Source: a virus
IMG/VR virus record: IMGVR_UViG_3300042090_002405
Coordinates: 17,288-81,287 of that record
DNA: 64,000 bases
Reading direction: 5' to 3' (one strand)
In this document: in pieces, positions 26,032 to 37,100 of the stretch
Layout of the letters: the number at the start of each line of letters is the position of its first letter
Numbering within the stretch: the stretch's first letter is position 1
Position numbers and translations under genes: made by a program
The notes under the pieces: model-generated
What the model was told of the DNA's origin: nothing
Databases searched by the model: none
Seen by the model: only the letters and a program-made list of their open reading frames with translations

Positions 26032-27243
26032 CTAAGAGCCCTCGTCGAGGGTGTCGCCACGGGTCGACATCGCCCCCTCGCCGCTCTTGAGCTCGTGGAG
26101 CAGCGTGAAGACGCGCTCGTATTTTTTCCGGCACGCCGCGAGCGAATACTTTTCGCGTGCCGCCGCCGCGATGTCTTCTCGGTTGAGACGCCCCTCTAGC
26201 ACGAGCTCGACCGAGCGGATCATGTCCCCTAGCGTCCGGAAGCGGTACCCATTAAGACCGGGCTCGATGGTCTCCGTGAAGGCCCCCCAATCGCTCGCGA
26301 GAAGGGGGGTTCCGGAGAGAAGCCCCTCGACGCCCGAGCCCCCGAAGGGCTCGATGAATTGCGTAGGCATGATGCTCGCGACAGCGTTCCGCATCCATTT
26401 TGATCGGTCCTTGCCGACGAGGGCCCCGACGTACTCCGCTTTGCCGGCATACTCGCCGCAGTGTGCGCGGATCCATTCGAAGTCCCCCTGCCCCGCGAAG
26501 ACAAATCGAAGGGCGCTCTTGGGATACTTTTGGAACCATGCTTTCAGGAGGGTCCCGACGATGTCCGCGCCTTTGGACGAATTGATCCGCCCCATGAAGA
26601 GGATGTACGGCCCTTTCGCGTCGCCTTCGCCTTTGCCGTACGGCCACTCTTCCGGATCGAAGTAGTTCGGGATCACGAACGAGTAGCAAGGGTTCGTTCC
26701 AAGTCCGTACGAAGTGCCTTCCCAGCGGCCGAGATGCCGGTACATCCACGCGTGGCTCTCATAGATACGTGCGGTCGTACCGGCTTGGGTGGGCCCCTCG
26801 ATGGGGGCGTCCGGGTAGCCGATGCCGGTCTCAACGTGCATCGCCGCGGCGAATTCGGGGATGATACTCGCATGTGCACAACCGAATGGGTGCGCTACGA
26901 AGTCGTGCAAACGGACGCGTTTCCGCATCGCGCGACGAAGGCGCTCCTCGAAGAGCCGATGCCCCTCCGATCCAACCTTCGCATGGTTTCCGATAAAGTC
27001 GGCAGGGTCTCGAGGGTAGAGCTTTCGAACCTCGCTCTTGGTGAGGATCTTCACGTGTTCGTCGGCGAGGCTCTCCGACCCTTCGTTGCCGTACTCGATT
27101 ACCCCGCCTTGGAAGAAGCCCTTCATCATCTTCGGGAAGCGCAGGGCCTTCATCGTGAAAGCGCAGTGGCTGAACTCTAAAGAGGGGACGGTGTGAAACG
27201 GCGCGATTAGATGAAGCGCGCCAGGCACAGACGCGCGCTTCAT
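26032..27243 (-). CDS. GT-B (family 4-like) glycosyltransferase
   Basis: VIPNYFD, LFMGRINSSKG, EPFGGSGVEGLLSGTPLLASDWGAFTETI..G.NGY. Confidence 0.9.
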   Translation of the reverse strand: MKRASVPGALHLIAPFHTVPSLEFSHCAFTMKALRFPKMMKGFFQGGVIEYGNEGSESLADEHVKILTKSEVRKLYPRDPADFIGNHAKVGSEGHRLFEERLRRAMRKRVRLHDFVAHPFGCAHASIIPEFAAAMHVETGIGYPDAPIEGPTQAGTTARIYESHAWMYRHLGRWEGTSYGLGTNPCYSFVIPNYFDPEEWPYGKGEGDAKGPYILFMGRINSSKGADIVGTLLKAWFQKYPKSALRFVFAGQGDFEWIRAHCGEYAGKAEYVGALVGKDRSKWMRNAVASIMPTQFIEPFGGSGVEGLLSGTPLLASDWGAFTETIEPGLNGYRFRTLGDMIRSVELVLEGRLNREDIAAAAREKYSLAACRKKYERVFTLLHELKSGEGAMSTRGDTLDEGS

Positions 27244-27449
27244 CGCTGGATCCCAGGCTGGGGCTGGGGGTCATATTTGCCACTGCTCGCGAGACGTGCG
27301 CAGGTACGAATCCATGCCGACAATGTTGCCCCACTCGCTCGCGCGGCCTTTGTAAAGATCTTCTCTTCTTCGGGTGTGATTCGAAGATGCACGCTCACCG
27401 TGCGCTTCGAGCTCTTCGGCCGCCCGCGCACCTGCCCGCGCGGCGTCAC
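27240..27449 (-). CDS. RHH (MobC/Arc-like) regulator
   Basis: GRPK..VSVHLRITPEEEKIFTKAARASGATLSAWIR. Confidence 0.8.
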   Translation of the reverse strand: MTPRGQVRGRPKSSKRTVSVHLRITPEEEKIFTKAARASGATLSAWIRTCARLASSGKYDPQPQPGIQR

Positions 27450-27838
27450 TTTGCTATCCGGCTAGGCCCATTATCTGTGGCGGCGGCAAGGCCCAACAGG
27501 AGATCGTCGTACCCGCGTACCTGAATGTAGACGAGGGGCGGCTCCCGATCGACCGTAGGGGCCTTGATCACTTCTGCGAGGAGTTTGAGGTCTCCCTCTT
27601 CGAGTTGCATCGTCTGTCCGACGCTCTTTTCGAACTCTTTCTTGAGCCGAAGCATCGCGTCGAGGTTCGTAATCGGTGTGGTCCAACGCTTGTCGTTGAG
27701 CCAATGCCCGAGTGCGTAAGCCCGAAACGAGTACGCGTTGCCCGCGGCGCCAGAGATTTGATCGCGGAGCACGACGGTCGCGGGGATGGGCGCTTCTCTC
27801 ATTCCGCGCCGTGTAGACCAGAAAAAGAGGCGGGTCAA
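27446..27838 (-). CDS. Hypothetical protein (possible fibre chaperone)
   Basis: Coupled ORF downstream of the fibre and GT genes. Confidence 0.5.
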   Translation of the reverse strand: MTRLFFWSTRRGMREAPIPATVVLRDQISGAAGNAYSFRAYALGHWLNDKRWTTPITNLDAMLRLKKEFEKSVGQTMQLEEGDLKLLAEVIKAPTVDREPPLVYIQVRGYDDLLLGLAAATDNGPSRIAK

Positions 27839-28488
27839 CCCCCGGGCGTGTTCGTCGCGTAGAACTCATGCCCTCCCGAGTGCATGACGTGCCCTGGCCC
27901 GCCACACCAAAGCATCACGCGACCGCCGAGGGCTCGCCACCGCGCGCAGAAAGAGAGATCTTCCGAAAGAAGGCCGTCCCCCTCGGTCGGCCCCGTGTAG
28001 AGCAGTCCGAAGAGGTCGGCGCACTTCCACGGGTTGGGGTGGTCCGTGTAGATCCGCGCGGCTTTCGTCATCTCTTCGAGACATTTTCTCGAAGTGAGCG
28101 TGAAACCGAACCCTAACCCTTCTACCTCGAGGAGATCCCCTTCGCGTTTTTTGTCCGGCAGCGCTGCATGCGTAAACTTGATGGGGTAATCCTTTCCTAC
28201 GTACGGTGCGCCGACGAGGTCCTCTCTCGTATCGATCATCCTCTGTATGATTTCCGGTCTGTCTGCCCACTGGTCAGCATCGAGCCAAAGAACGTGCGTC
28301 ATCTTCTCTAGGCGGGTGTCCTGAAGAATACGCGCGGCGAGACGGTTCCTCGCTCGTACGGGCTCGAACGATACCGCGGTCTTTGCGAAGCGGGGTGGCA
28401 CTAGGTTCGCGCGGAAATCCGCGAACCCCAGTGTGACCAGCGCATTTTTCGGGTTCGTTCCTCGAACGGGCGTGGCGACGACGATCAC
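27835..28488 (-). CDS. GT-A (family 2-like) glycosyltransferase
   Basis: IVVATP, RARNRL, THVLWLDAD (DxD), GFGFTL, LSEDLSFCARW, H.G. Confidence 0.85.
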   Translation of the reverse strand: MIVVATPVRGTNPKNALVTLGFADFRANLVPPRFAKTAVSFEPVRARNRLAARILQDTRLEKMTHVLWLDADQWADRPEIIQRMIDTREDLVGAPYVGKDYPIKFTHAALPDKKREGDLLEVEGLGFGFTLTSRKCLEEMTKAARIYTDHPNPWKCADLFGLLYTGPTEGDGLLSEDLSFCARWRALGGRVMLWCGGPGHVMHSGGHEFYATNTPGG

Positions 28489-28495
28489 GGCGCGG

Positions 28496-29890
28496 TCACG
28501 GCGCGGCGGTTGTACCGCCGACGTAGAAGGGTGAACCGCCCACGAGCACCTCGAAATAGTGCGTGGGCGCTGTCCCGGTACCGCCGATAGTCTGCCCGGA
28601 GAAGTTGACGAGGCCGCCCGACGTCGCCGCCAACACTAGGTTGCTTCCGCTTGCCGCTGCGAGCTCCAAGATACCGCTCGTCGCGAAGATAGATGCTGTT
28701 CCTCCGGCTGACGCCAAGAAGTATTGACCGCTGCTCGCGTTGAGCTCGAGTTGCCCGGTTGTCTCTAGCGTCGCTACTCCACTCGCCGCCGTGATGAAAA
28801 CGGTTCCAGTGTCCGGGGTGAGTGTGATGTTTGTCGAAGACGTCTCGAGCGTCATGCCCCCCGCGCCCGTCGCATCGAGAACTACCGTAGAGCCCGTCAG
28901 ATGTGCTGCGCCGGCCGCCGCGAGAAGCAGTGTTGCGTTCGCACCATTGCCCTCCAGCATGAGGTCACTCGACGACGTGAGCGTCTGCGCGCCACTTGTG
29001 CCGAGCGTCGTTACATCCGTGGATGGGGCCAGAAGGATTCCGCCGCCTGAAGCGGAGATCTCTACAGACAGAGCTGCGTCAATGTCGATGTTGCCGCCCG
29101 ACGACGTGATCGTGAGCAGAGCGCCGCCCGTGAGCGTCTCGTTGCCACCTGTGCCGAAAGTCGTCGTGTTGTTGGAGGGGGCGATCGTGATGCCGCCCCC
29201 CGCGGTCGAGATGTCTAGACCGCTGCTTCCGATGATTCCGGGGCCGCCGTTGATGGTGACGGCGCCGTTCGAAAATGTTGTGTTGCCGCCCCCTGGGTTG
29301 ACCGCGATCGATCCGGAATTCGTTTCGATCGTGATCTGCGCGCCCCCTAGGGGGGACGACGTGAAAACTGTAAGCGTGTCGTTATCGTTGTTGCCAAGAG
29401 TGGCGCTTCCTCCGCCGAAGCTGTTGCCACCGTTGATCCACGCGTTGGCAGCACCTGCGCCGGTTGCGCCCTGAGGGCCGGTCGCCCCTGTCGTGCCTAC
29501 TCCCGTAGCACCGGCCGCGCCCTGCACGCCAGTTGCGCCCTGTACGCCGGTTGCGCCCGTCGCGCCGCCCCCCGGGCCGGTCGGCCCTTGTAGCCCCGTC
29601 GCGCCGGTCGACCCCGCCCCTGTGGCACCCGTCACTCCCGTTGCGCCCTGCACGCCGGTTGCCCCGGCAACACCCGTCGCTCCCGTGGCCCCCGAGCCGG
29701 GCCCCGTTGCTCCCTGGACGCCCGTGGCGCCGGTCGCCCCTGCTCCCGTCGCACCCTGTACCCCGGTAGCACCCGGCGGGCCCGCAACGCCCGTCGCACC
29801 CGTTGCGCCTCCGCCGGCCCCTCCGCCGCTGCTGGGAGGGCTTTCGTAGGTGTTGGGCGACTTATTTTTGATCCCTGCGATAGACCCCAT
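28496..29890 (-). CDS. Collagen-like (G-X-T) fibre protein
   Basis: About 120 aa of GAT/GVQ/GPT triplets followed by a beta-rich domain; N-terminal [10 protein letters not shown]. Confidence 0.85.
   Translation of the reverse strand: MGSIAGIKNKSPNTYESPPSSGGGAGGGATGATGVAGPPGATGVQGATGAGATGATGVQGATGPGSGATGATGVAGATGVQGATGVTGATGAGSTGATGLQGPTGPGGGATGATGVQGATGVQGAAGATGVGTTGATGPQGATGAGAANAWINGGNSFGGGSATLGNNDNDTLTVFTSSPLGGAQITIETNSGSIAVNPGGGNTTFSNGAVTINGGPGIIGSSGLDISTAGGGITIAPSNNTTTFGTGGNETLTGGALLTITSSGGNIDIDAALSVEISASGGGILLAPSTDVTTLGTSGAQTLTSSSDLMLEGNGANATLLLAAAGAAHLTGSTVVLDATGAGGMTLETSSTNITLTPDTGTVFITAASGVATLETTGQLELNASSGQYFLASAGGTASIFATSGILELAAASGSNLVLAATSGGLVNFSGQTIGGTGTAPTHYFEVLVGGSPFYVGGTTAAP
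29453..29810 (-). repeat. Collagen Gly-X-Y triplet repeat region
   Basis: [22 protein letters not shown]... Confidence 0.9.
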
Positions 29891-29918
29891 GGAAGAAACT
29901 CCGCGTTGGCTGTGACGG

Positions 29919-31877
29919 TTAGCGGACCGGAGGCGGTGCCGGGAACGCCGGGTGCGTCACTACCGGAGTCTCCATAGGCGTCGCTGGGTACCTTTCAGGA
30001 TCGAGCTTCGGCGGTCGAAGGGCGCGCTCGATCGGATGGTCCAAGAGGAAGCTCGGGACATCCGCCGATTTGATCGTGGGGCCAAGTGGCTGAAGCCCCG
30101 GGACGGGATCGCTTACTCCGACGGGCCCTTGCGGGTAAGGCCCGTACGCTGCGCCCGAAGGCTGGGCACCTCCGCCGTCGAAAAAGTGCCCATGCCTGTG
30201 CCCGTGTCCGTAGTGGGCCGCCCACTGCCGGAGACGATTCCACTTGTCCGATCCGTGCACCGGGGGCCGAGGGCGACCCACGATCGCCTCGAGCCGATGC
30301 GCGTGCACGAGGGGGGCGCCGGGCACCTCGTGGCTCACTCCGGCGAGGGCGGTACGCGCGATGGGCTCCGGGATACCTAGCTTTTTCGCGAGGTCTATGG
30401 AGGAGAGCCCCGCGAGGGCTGGTTGCGATACGAGCGCCGCGGCGGCCTGGTGGGCCAGATCTGCGGCGTTCGCTGGGAGATTTTGTTTCACGTCACGGAT
30501 GGCGGAGGAAAGGAGATCATTCGTCTGCGCGCCGAGGGCGTTGAGCACTTTTCCGACGGGGCCGCCGCTAGCCGCGGGGGGAAGGAGCTGGTGGGCGGCG
30601 GCGTAACCCTTCTTCTGGAGGCCTTGTGCTGTCGAGAGCGCCAACCCCGTGTCGAAGGCATGCGAGGAGGCCTGATCGAGCCCCTGCTTCGCAGTCGCGA
30701 TCTGGGCCAAGACGGGACCGGCTGCCCCCTGCGCGGCTTGCGTGAGCTGGTTACCGATGGCGGCGCCTTGCTGGAGCGCTTGCTGGGCCGCCGGCCCCGC
30801 GGCTTGGCCGATGACCGCCCCAGCGGCGCCCAAAACATCCTGAGGAAGAGGCTTGCCCTCGGCGAGGTTTGCTGCCGCCGTGAGGCCGGAGGTGGCTTCG
30901 GGAGGAACGCCTGCGACCTGAGAGGCGTATTTGGCCTTGTCGCTGAGCCACTGCGTCACTTGCTTCTTTTGATCGAGAATGGCTTGGCCGATGTTCTTGC
31001 CGTGGAGCGCTTCGTCGGTCGCGCCGAGAACCAAAGTTTTTGCGAAGAAGGCGGGGTTGGCCTGCATGTAGCCAGACTTGTACGTCTGCGCGAGGGTGTT
31101 CAGGACCTTGTTCTTCGCGAGGTCCTTACCGATCTTCTTTCCGGCTCCGGTGTGGCCCGCCTCGACGGCGCCGGTGGCCAGGATCGCGGCGGCACCCGCC
31201 CCTGGAATAAACGCCACGGGGCCGACTTTCGTTGCGTCTTGCGCGATCTGCTTGAGGGCTTTCAGTGGCTGGAACTTGAACCCTACCCCTATCGATCCGC
31301 CAGCGCCGGAGACACCCGGCGTTCCGGTTCTGCCACTTTCGAGCTTCGTGGCGCGCGCCTGAAGCACGCTCGCCGCCGCGGGGTAGCCAGGCAAGAGTAG
31401 TGTCGCAAACGACCGTAGCTTCGTCGGATCGGTCTCTTGGTGCGCCGCCGTAAGGACCGCGCTCTCGAGATCCTTCGGCAGGTTCGCGTCGAGGACGGGT
31501 TTACTAGAAGCAACGATCAGATTCGACGGACCGCTCACGCCGATTTGGAACCCGATCGCCGCTCGGCCGCCCCTAGAGATACGCTCGTGCATGGGCCGAG
31601 CGTACCACGACCTACTCGACCACCATCCTGAGAAAATGAGGGGTTCGTGAGCCCGTCCCGGAGAAGTCGGATGCGCACCGCCGTCTTCCCCCGCCTGGTG
31701 TCCCGGCGAGCCATACGTCGGATGCGGTCTCGACGATCTCACTCTGCCGGGGGTACTTCTCTCGTAGGGCTCATGGAGGACGGTCTCCGTGAGTCGGCTC
31801 GCCGAGAGCCCGATCGGCTTGGCTGCCCTGTGGTGGGGCGCCAGGCCGTTCGCGTTTCGGCGGTGGTGAGAGCCCAT
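29919..31877 (-). CDS. Ala/Gly/Gln-rich putative virion (membrane or DNA-entry) protein
   Basis: 652 aa helical low-complexity protein carrying [15 protein letters not shown] and GVSD/GVSG motifs. Confidence 0.65.
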   Translation of the reverse strand: MGSHHRRNANGLAPHHRAAKPIGLSASRLTETVLHEPYERSTPGRVRSSRPHPTYGSPGHQAGEDGGAHPTSPGRAHEPLIFSGWWSSRSWYARPMHERISRGGRAAIGFQIGVSGPSNLIVASSKPVLDANLPKDLESAVLTAAHQETDPTKLRSFATLLLPGYPAAASVLQARATKLESGRTGTPGVSGAGGSIGVGFKFQPLKALKQIAQDATKVGPVAFIPGAGAAAILATGAVEAGHTGAGKKIGKDLAKNKVLNTLAQTYKSGYMQANPAFFAKTLVLGATDEALHGKNIGQAILDQKKQVTQWLSDKAKYASQVAGVPPEATSGLTAAANLAEGKPLPQDVLGAAGAVIGQAAGPAAQQALQQGAAIGNQLTQAAQGAAGPVLAQIATAKQGLDQASSHAFDTGLALSTAQGLQKKGYAAAHQLLPPAASGGPVGKVLNALGAQTNDLLSSAIRDVKQNLPANAADLAHQAAAALVSQPALAGLSSIDLAKKLGIPEPIARTALAGVSHEVPGAPLVHAHRLEAIVGRPRPPVHGSDKWNRLRQWAAHYGHGHRHGHFFDGGGAQPSGAAYGPYPQGPVGVSDPVPGLQPLGPTIKSADVPSFLLDHPIERALRPPKLDPERYPATPMETPVVTHPAFPAPPPVR

Positions 31878-32420
31878 CTAGTTTTGTGCGTACGGATGCT
31901 CGCGCCAGTAAGTCATCGCGCGGCCCATCCTCCGCGCAGATCGGCGCTCGGCGCGCGGCGTGTTCCACGCGAGCCCGTCGGTGTACTCGGCAAGCCACGT
32001 ACGAGGGTCCGATCCGCGACAAATTCGAAAACTTTCTTGCACCATTTCGATCGCTACGCCTGATGCCCCCAGCATGCCCGAGCACGTACGGTCGCGCGAC
32101 CGTACGGTCTGAAAGAGACCCCAGGATTTGTTTGAGTCGCCGCCCTTCTTGCACATGGTGACGTCGTCACGAAAGTGACTTTCGTCGGCCGCGATCGCGA
32201 CGAGGAGCAAACCCGTCTTTGCCCGCGCCGCGATGGGATCTCGGTCGGCGAACACCGGCTGCACGTACGGCTGGGAGACGGCGAAGGCGATGTCCCGCGC
32301 GATGGCCTCGTAGCGCGCTTCGGTCACTTCTTCGTTCTCGGTCCACCGATGCTCCTCTACGGGAACGAACGTGTGCATCGCGGCAAGAAGCCAGAGTGTG
32401 AGGTGTAGGATGTTCGGCAT
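31878..32420 (-). CDS. Lysozyme-fold (transglycosylase-like) protein with a signal peptide
   Basis: AIAADESHF...GDSNKSWGLFQ. Confidence 0.65.
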   Translation of the reverse strand: MPNILHLTLWLLAAMHTFVPVEEHRWTENEEVTEARYEAIARDIAFAVSQPYVQPVFADRDPIAARAKTGLLLVAIAADESHFRDDVTMCKKGGDSNKSWGLFQTVRSRDRTCSGMLGASGVAIEMVQESFRICRGSDPRTWLAEYTDGLAWNTPRAERRSARRMGRAMTYWREHPYAQN

Positions 32421-32463
32421 GACCGGCGCTTCTAGCGCGGCAGAGACCGAAGGCCAACCCGTT

Positions 32464-32661
32464 TCATTCACGGGGCGGCGGTCGCGAGCGCTTCTTCCTT
32501 CGCAGGATTGCTTCGACGAGAAGAGTGCGCACGGCATCTGATCGCGAGACGCTATGAGTTTTCTGGGCTCGTTGCATCTCCTCCGCAATCTCATCGATTT
32601 CCTTCATGAGATCGCGTCCAATACGCAGGCCCAGATGTACACCCGTGTCTTCGTGGCTCAT
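32464..32661 (-). CDS. RHH regulator
   Basis: VHLGLRIGRDLMKEIDEIA...SRSDAVRTLLVEAI. Confidence 0.8.
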   Translation of the reverse strand: MSHEDTGVHLGLRIGRDLMKEIDEIAEEMQRAQKTHSVSRSDAVRTLLVEAILRRKKRSRPPPRE

Positions 32662-32709
32662 ACCAATATTGTTGCACAAGCTTGCACAATGTCAAACAGC
32701 ATCTAGTAT
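32662..32709. promoter_or_regulatory. Overlapping divergent promoters with TTGCACAA direct repeats
   Basis: TTGCACAA at 32672 and 32682; rightward TTGCAC-16-TAGTAT; leftward TTGACA at 32695. Confidence 0.6.
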
Positions 32710-32735
32710 GAGCGTCGGAGGCGGGACACGAAAAC

Positions 32736-33902
32736 ATGAAAACCCTTCTTTGCGCGACGATGACGGTGTTTGCGGTGGCGACAACGGGTTGTATGGCAGC
32801 ATCATCGCCATCGCCATCTCCTGTAGAGGAGGCCACAGGAACGACCGAAGAGGCCGCCACGACGACATGCACGAACGACTCGCAGTGCTCTGGCACCACG
32901 CCGTTCTGCACTGGATTGTCCCTCGCGTTGAACGCGAGCAGCACGACGCAGACCATCAACGGAGAGTCCGTCGCCGCGGGCAACTTCGCCGAGTACATGC
33001 CGCAGACGGTCGGGGAGTGCACGGGATGGTCCACGACTAATTCGCGTGCGTCGCAAGTACAGGGATCCTGCGCAGCGGGGCAGATCTGTGTGAACCTGAA
33101 TGGCGGAGCTCAAGGGTCCTGCTACACGACGTGCACGGGATCAGGGCAGGGCACGTGCTCGGCGGGTTTGATCTGCGATTCGAACACGAACGTGTGCTCT
33201 ACGAACGCGTCGGCGTGTGCTTCTGGGCTCGCGGTTTTCGGAAGCACTCCGCTTACCGTGACGTCCAAGGCGACCTACTCGGGTGGCACGGTCACCTACG
33301 GACAAGAGATTGGTGGGTCTGCGATTCCCTCGGCGGGGCACTGGGTGCCTGAGGTGTGGGCAACAACCCCGTCTTGGTCGACCAAAATCAAGGTCAACTT
33401 CAACATGCAAGGCATCTGCACGTGGATCTCGAACAGTGACACGCAAGCGACTTGCACTGCGAGTGACGAGTCTTGGTACGCGACCAACGGCGTCGACGTG
33501 TGTTCGTACTACACGACGGGTGCTGCCGAGGTCTTCTGCATGGAGTCCGACGTGTTCGGGGAGACGGGCGAGCTCGTCGAGTACAGAGCCCTCACTACGA
33601 CGACGCCCTTCGGCGTCACGCAGTCAGCGCTGACTGCCGTGAGCCCGCCCGCTAACTTCACGCTTCCCGCCCGAGGAACCGTTCCTCCCGGTGTGGAGGG
33701 TGTAACGGGCTCGAGCGGGACGACGTGGCAGACACTCGAGGGCCCCGCTGGCACTTCGGGCGGCTATGCCGGATACGGCGGCTATGGCGGCTATGGCGGG
33801 GCCGGCGGCTACAGTGGATATGGTGGTTACGGTATCTACGGCAGCTACGGCGGATACGGCGGGGACTGCGCCTACGGCGGTTGCGGCGGCTTCGGCGACT
33901 GA
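32736..33902 (+). CDS. Cys-rich myxobacterial-type lipoprotein with a Gly/Tyr-rich tail
   Basis: Lipobox TTG-C, EEATGTTEEAAT linker, CxxDxQC repeats, (GGY)n C-terminus. Confidence 0.8.
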   Translation: MKTLLCATMTVFAVATTGCMAASSPSPSPVEEATGTTEEAATTTCTNDSQCSGTTPFCTGLSLALNASSTTQTINGESVAAGNFAEYMPQTVGECTGWSTTNSRASQVQGSCAAGQICVNLNGGAQGSCYTTCTGSGQGTCSAGLICDSNTNVCSTNASACASGLAVFGSTPLTVTSKATYSGGTVTYGQEIGGSAIPSAGHWVPEVWATTPSWSTKIKVNFNMQGICTWISNSDTQATCTASDESWYATNGVDVCSYYTTGAAEVFCMESDVFGETGELVEYRALTTTTPFGVTQSALTAVSPPANFTLPARGTVPPGVEGVTGSSGTTWQTLEGPAGTSGGYAGYGGYGGYGGAGGYSGYGGYGIYGSYGGYGGDCAYGGCGGFGD

Positions 33903-33912
33903 TCCTGAAGTC

Positions 33913-34164
33913 CTATTTGCAGGGGTGCCCGTCCGTACCCGTCGTCGGGTGCCCCTTGCAGGCGGGACGGCCTGGCCACCACGTCCCGGGTTTCGTGGGG
34001 GCAGGTTTGGAAGCGGGTTTGCCGTTCACGTACTTCGGCAGTCCGGGGCCGCAGTGCGCACAGAACTGGGTTGTCTTGGTAGCCGGTCTCTTCTTGGCCG
34101 CCTCGGCGTTACCGACGGCGGCTACTGCGATAGCGACCGTGAGGGCTAGGATGATAGTTCGCAT
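33913..34164 (-). CDS. Small secreted basic protein
   Basis: Signal peptide ending AEA; RBS GAGGAAGG. Confidence 0.6.
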   Translation of the reverse strand: MRTIILALTVAIAVAAVGNAEAAKKRPATKTTQFCAHCGPGLPKYVNGKPASKPAPTKPGTWWPGRPACKGHPTTGTDGHPCK

Positions 34165-34179
34165 TGAATTCTTCCTTCC

Positions 34180-37100
34180 TCACGGGGCCGACGAGTTGAA
34201 CGTTGCCGTGAAGACTTGCGGGTAAATGCCCGGGGCAGTTTGGCATGTGCCTCCCGTGCAAACGTTTGAGGCACAATCAGCATTGTGCACGCACGTGATG
34301 CTCTGTCCGACGTTGGGGACGTTTTGGGTCTGGCAGAGGCCGTTGATGCAAGCGCCAACACCACCAGTTCCTGAGATAGGCGGACAGTCGGTCGAGAGCT
34401 CGCAAGTGGATCCCGTAATGTTGGCCTGGAGTGGATCTAAACCGTTACGGTTATCGGCCCACGTCGTTACCCATTTGCCCCCGCCAACGCCTACTAGTCC
34501 GAAGTCATAATCGCCGATCGTTGTGTTGTATGTCAGGACGCGTTCTGGGGCGGGTGTCTGCGAGCCCGAGCTGATCGTGGTAGTTCCGTGCGGACAAGAT
34601 CCGCCCGTGCACGGGGCAACACCGACCTGAAATCCAAATCCGACGATTTGATACTCAAAATCTTGAGTTTGATTTCCGTAATTACACGAGGCCTGACCTG
34701 CGCCAGGAAATGGGGCCGACGCACCGCCAGAGCAGAAACCACCAACGCATTGACTGGTCGGTCCATTGTAGGCGCAGTCTGCGTTAGAGCCGCACGCGCA
34801 CACTTCAGCGGGCGATGAACTGGTGGGGGGAACATCTACGCAGTTTGCGCAACTTCCGTTAGGCCCATTGCAGCCGGCGGTGCAATCGTTGTAGCCGAGC
34901 GTGGTATTATACGTACAGCCGATTCCGAATCCTAATCCTGTTGGGATTATGCAATCCACATTGATGCCCAATAGCCCGGTAGCAGGCGGCGTTCCGTTGT
35001 TGGTGGTGGGGATTTGGGTGCGATACCCGTAGCCCGTGCACTCGTTGAGCAACACGTTGTTGGCTGCTGTGCCGTACCCCTGCGCTAGAACGCACTGCGG
35101 GTAGCCGGCGTCGGGAGCGATCGGGTCTTGGCCAACTCCGGGGGTGAACGGGGCTGTCGGGAGTGCCGTGCCCGCATCGGTGGGGAAATTGACCCTGACT
35201 GTCTGGTGAAATGTCACGGCGGCGTAAATGTTGCTCCCACCGCTGCCTTGTGTGATTGCGATGTTCGATCCGTACTGATTGCCGGAGATCTCTGCGATAC
35301 CAGATGTGGCCCCGTAGCCCGTATCGTACGTCGGAACGACGAGCGCTCCTCCGTATGCAGCAACCCCTGCTGTGTAGTTCGTGTTCAGGACTTGTACCGG
35401 TTTCGTCGTGGATGGGGATATCATTGACGCCCATTCGTCCGCAACCTGCCCCGCTGTAGCGGCAGGCCATTGCCCCGCGACAGCGCGAAGACCACGGTAT
35501 TGCGTCGCGGCGGCCTGGTATTGCGCTTGGTTGCACCCAGGTTGTCCGAGCACGCATGTGGACGTGAAAACCGGACGCTCGTACACGAACACGAATTCGC
35601 CGGGCGCATTTCCGGGAGCACCGTTAACGAGCGACGAAACAGAACCGGCCCAATACGGATTGACCGCCATTGACACGCGATACCAATGATTGCCGTTACC
35701 GCGAGGAGTAGGCCCAAGTCCTTCGAACAGGGATCCCTGCAGGGATACCTGCGGGACGAAACCAGACCCTGCCCCGTTTGCTCCGCTGTTGTTGTTCGGA
35801 TTGCTCGTAAGGACGAGGGGGTAAGCAGGATTGCCAAGAGTATCCAAGTCCTTGCCCAGAACGTACGTAGTCCAATCGCTAGCGTATCCGTGATACGGGT
35901 TGTCTGAAACGGACAGATACCAAACGAGTCCGACGTTTGTAACCTGATCTCTGGTAGACGAAATCGATCCGGGGGCCAGGAACGGCGCATTGCCCGGCAA
36001 TTGATTGCTCGGCGCTGCACCGCCATTCCAAACCACAGGATATTGCGCCCCCACGTAGATGAGGTAGATGCGGGGCGCACACGGCTGGGTTCCGTTGCCA
36101 CATGTAGCCGGCTTATGGCGCACTGCCATATTCATTTGCCATGGCTGTTGCACCGGCAGGCAATTGCCGTATGTGCCGTTGCCGAGGTTACAGCTATCGA
36201 GATTCAAGAAGTGCAGCCGGTTAGCGTCTCGAGAGCTATTGTAACCGTTGATCGGCGCAACAGACGGGTCTGCGTCCGTCGCAATCGGCGTTTGGTGCAC
36301 CCCATCGACGGCGAACTGCCCAGACGGCAAGCATGCGTCCTGTACGAGCCCACACTGCCCTGTCACGGTGTTCGGTGTCGTCACTGCCGAACCCAATGCC
36401 AACGTGCCGTTGCCTCCTCCGGTGCATCCAGTAAAGCTGGTGGCGGTCATACCGGTGCACGTGACGGTTTGTTCGCCCGGAATCCCGGGAGGAGAAGTGT
36501 TGACAAGGATACTTGCGGGCGCTGCGGGGAAGCCGGCGGTCGACGTGACATTGATCGTTGCTTGGGGAAGTCTCTTGCCCGCAGACGCCGCCGCGATTGC
36601 CGTAGTGGCGGTGCCGATACATTGCACGCCCGCACAGCAACGGGTCGCGTTGCTTTTTTGGGACGCTACGCACGTAGATTGCGACGCACCGAATGCGGAC
36701 TGAACGTACCCAGCAAAGCTCGGTTGACAACTACCGTTTTGGTCTCGAGATGCAGAGGTCCATTCGTTCCAACCGTTTTGCTTGGTTGCAGAGACGCCCG
36801 CTATAGGACCGCAGTTCGCCGGATCTGGGACAGGAAAGGCGTAAGAGTTGTTGCAGGGTACGCCGTTCAAGCAATGCGGGGGGACGGGTGTAAAATGAAA
36901 ACTGCCCGTCGGATCGACCGGAACCTCTGCGAGATATGGGCCTGCCAACGGGTCAGGTAGCCCTGGATTCCGGATCGAGAACGTGCCCGTATTTTGATAT
37001 TGGATGGGTTGTTGTCCTGCGTTTGCAGCATCCCACACCACCTCGAGATTCGCTGGCTGGTTGGGCGTCGGATTGCACCCAGACGTTCCTATGACACACG

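Noticed and set aside
29919-31877. Tail tape-measure protein
   Set aside because: Ala-rich but short, with no tail tube, chaperone or baseplate context
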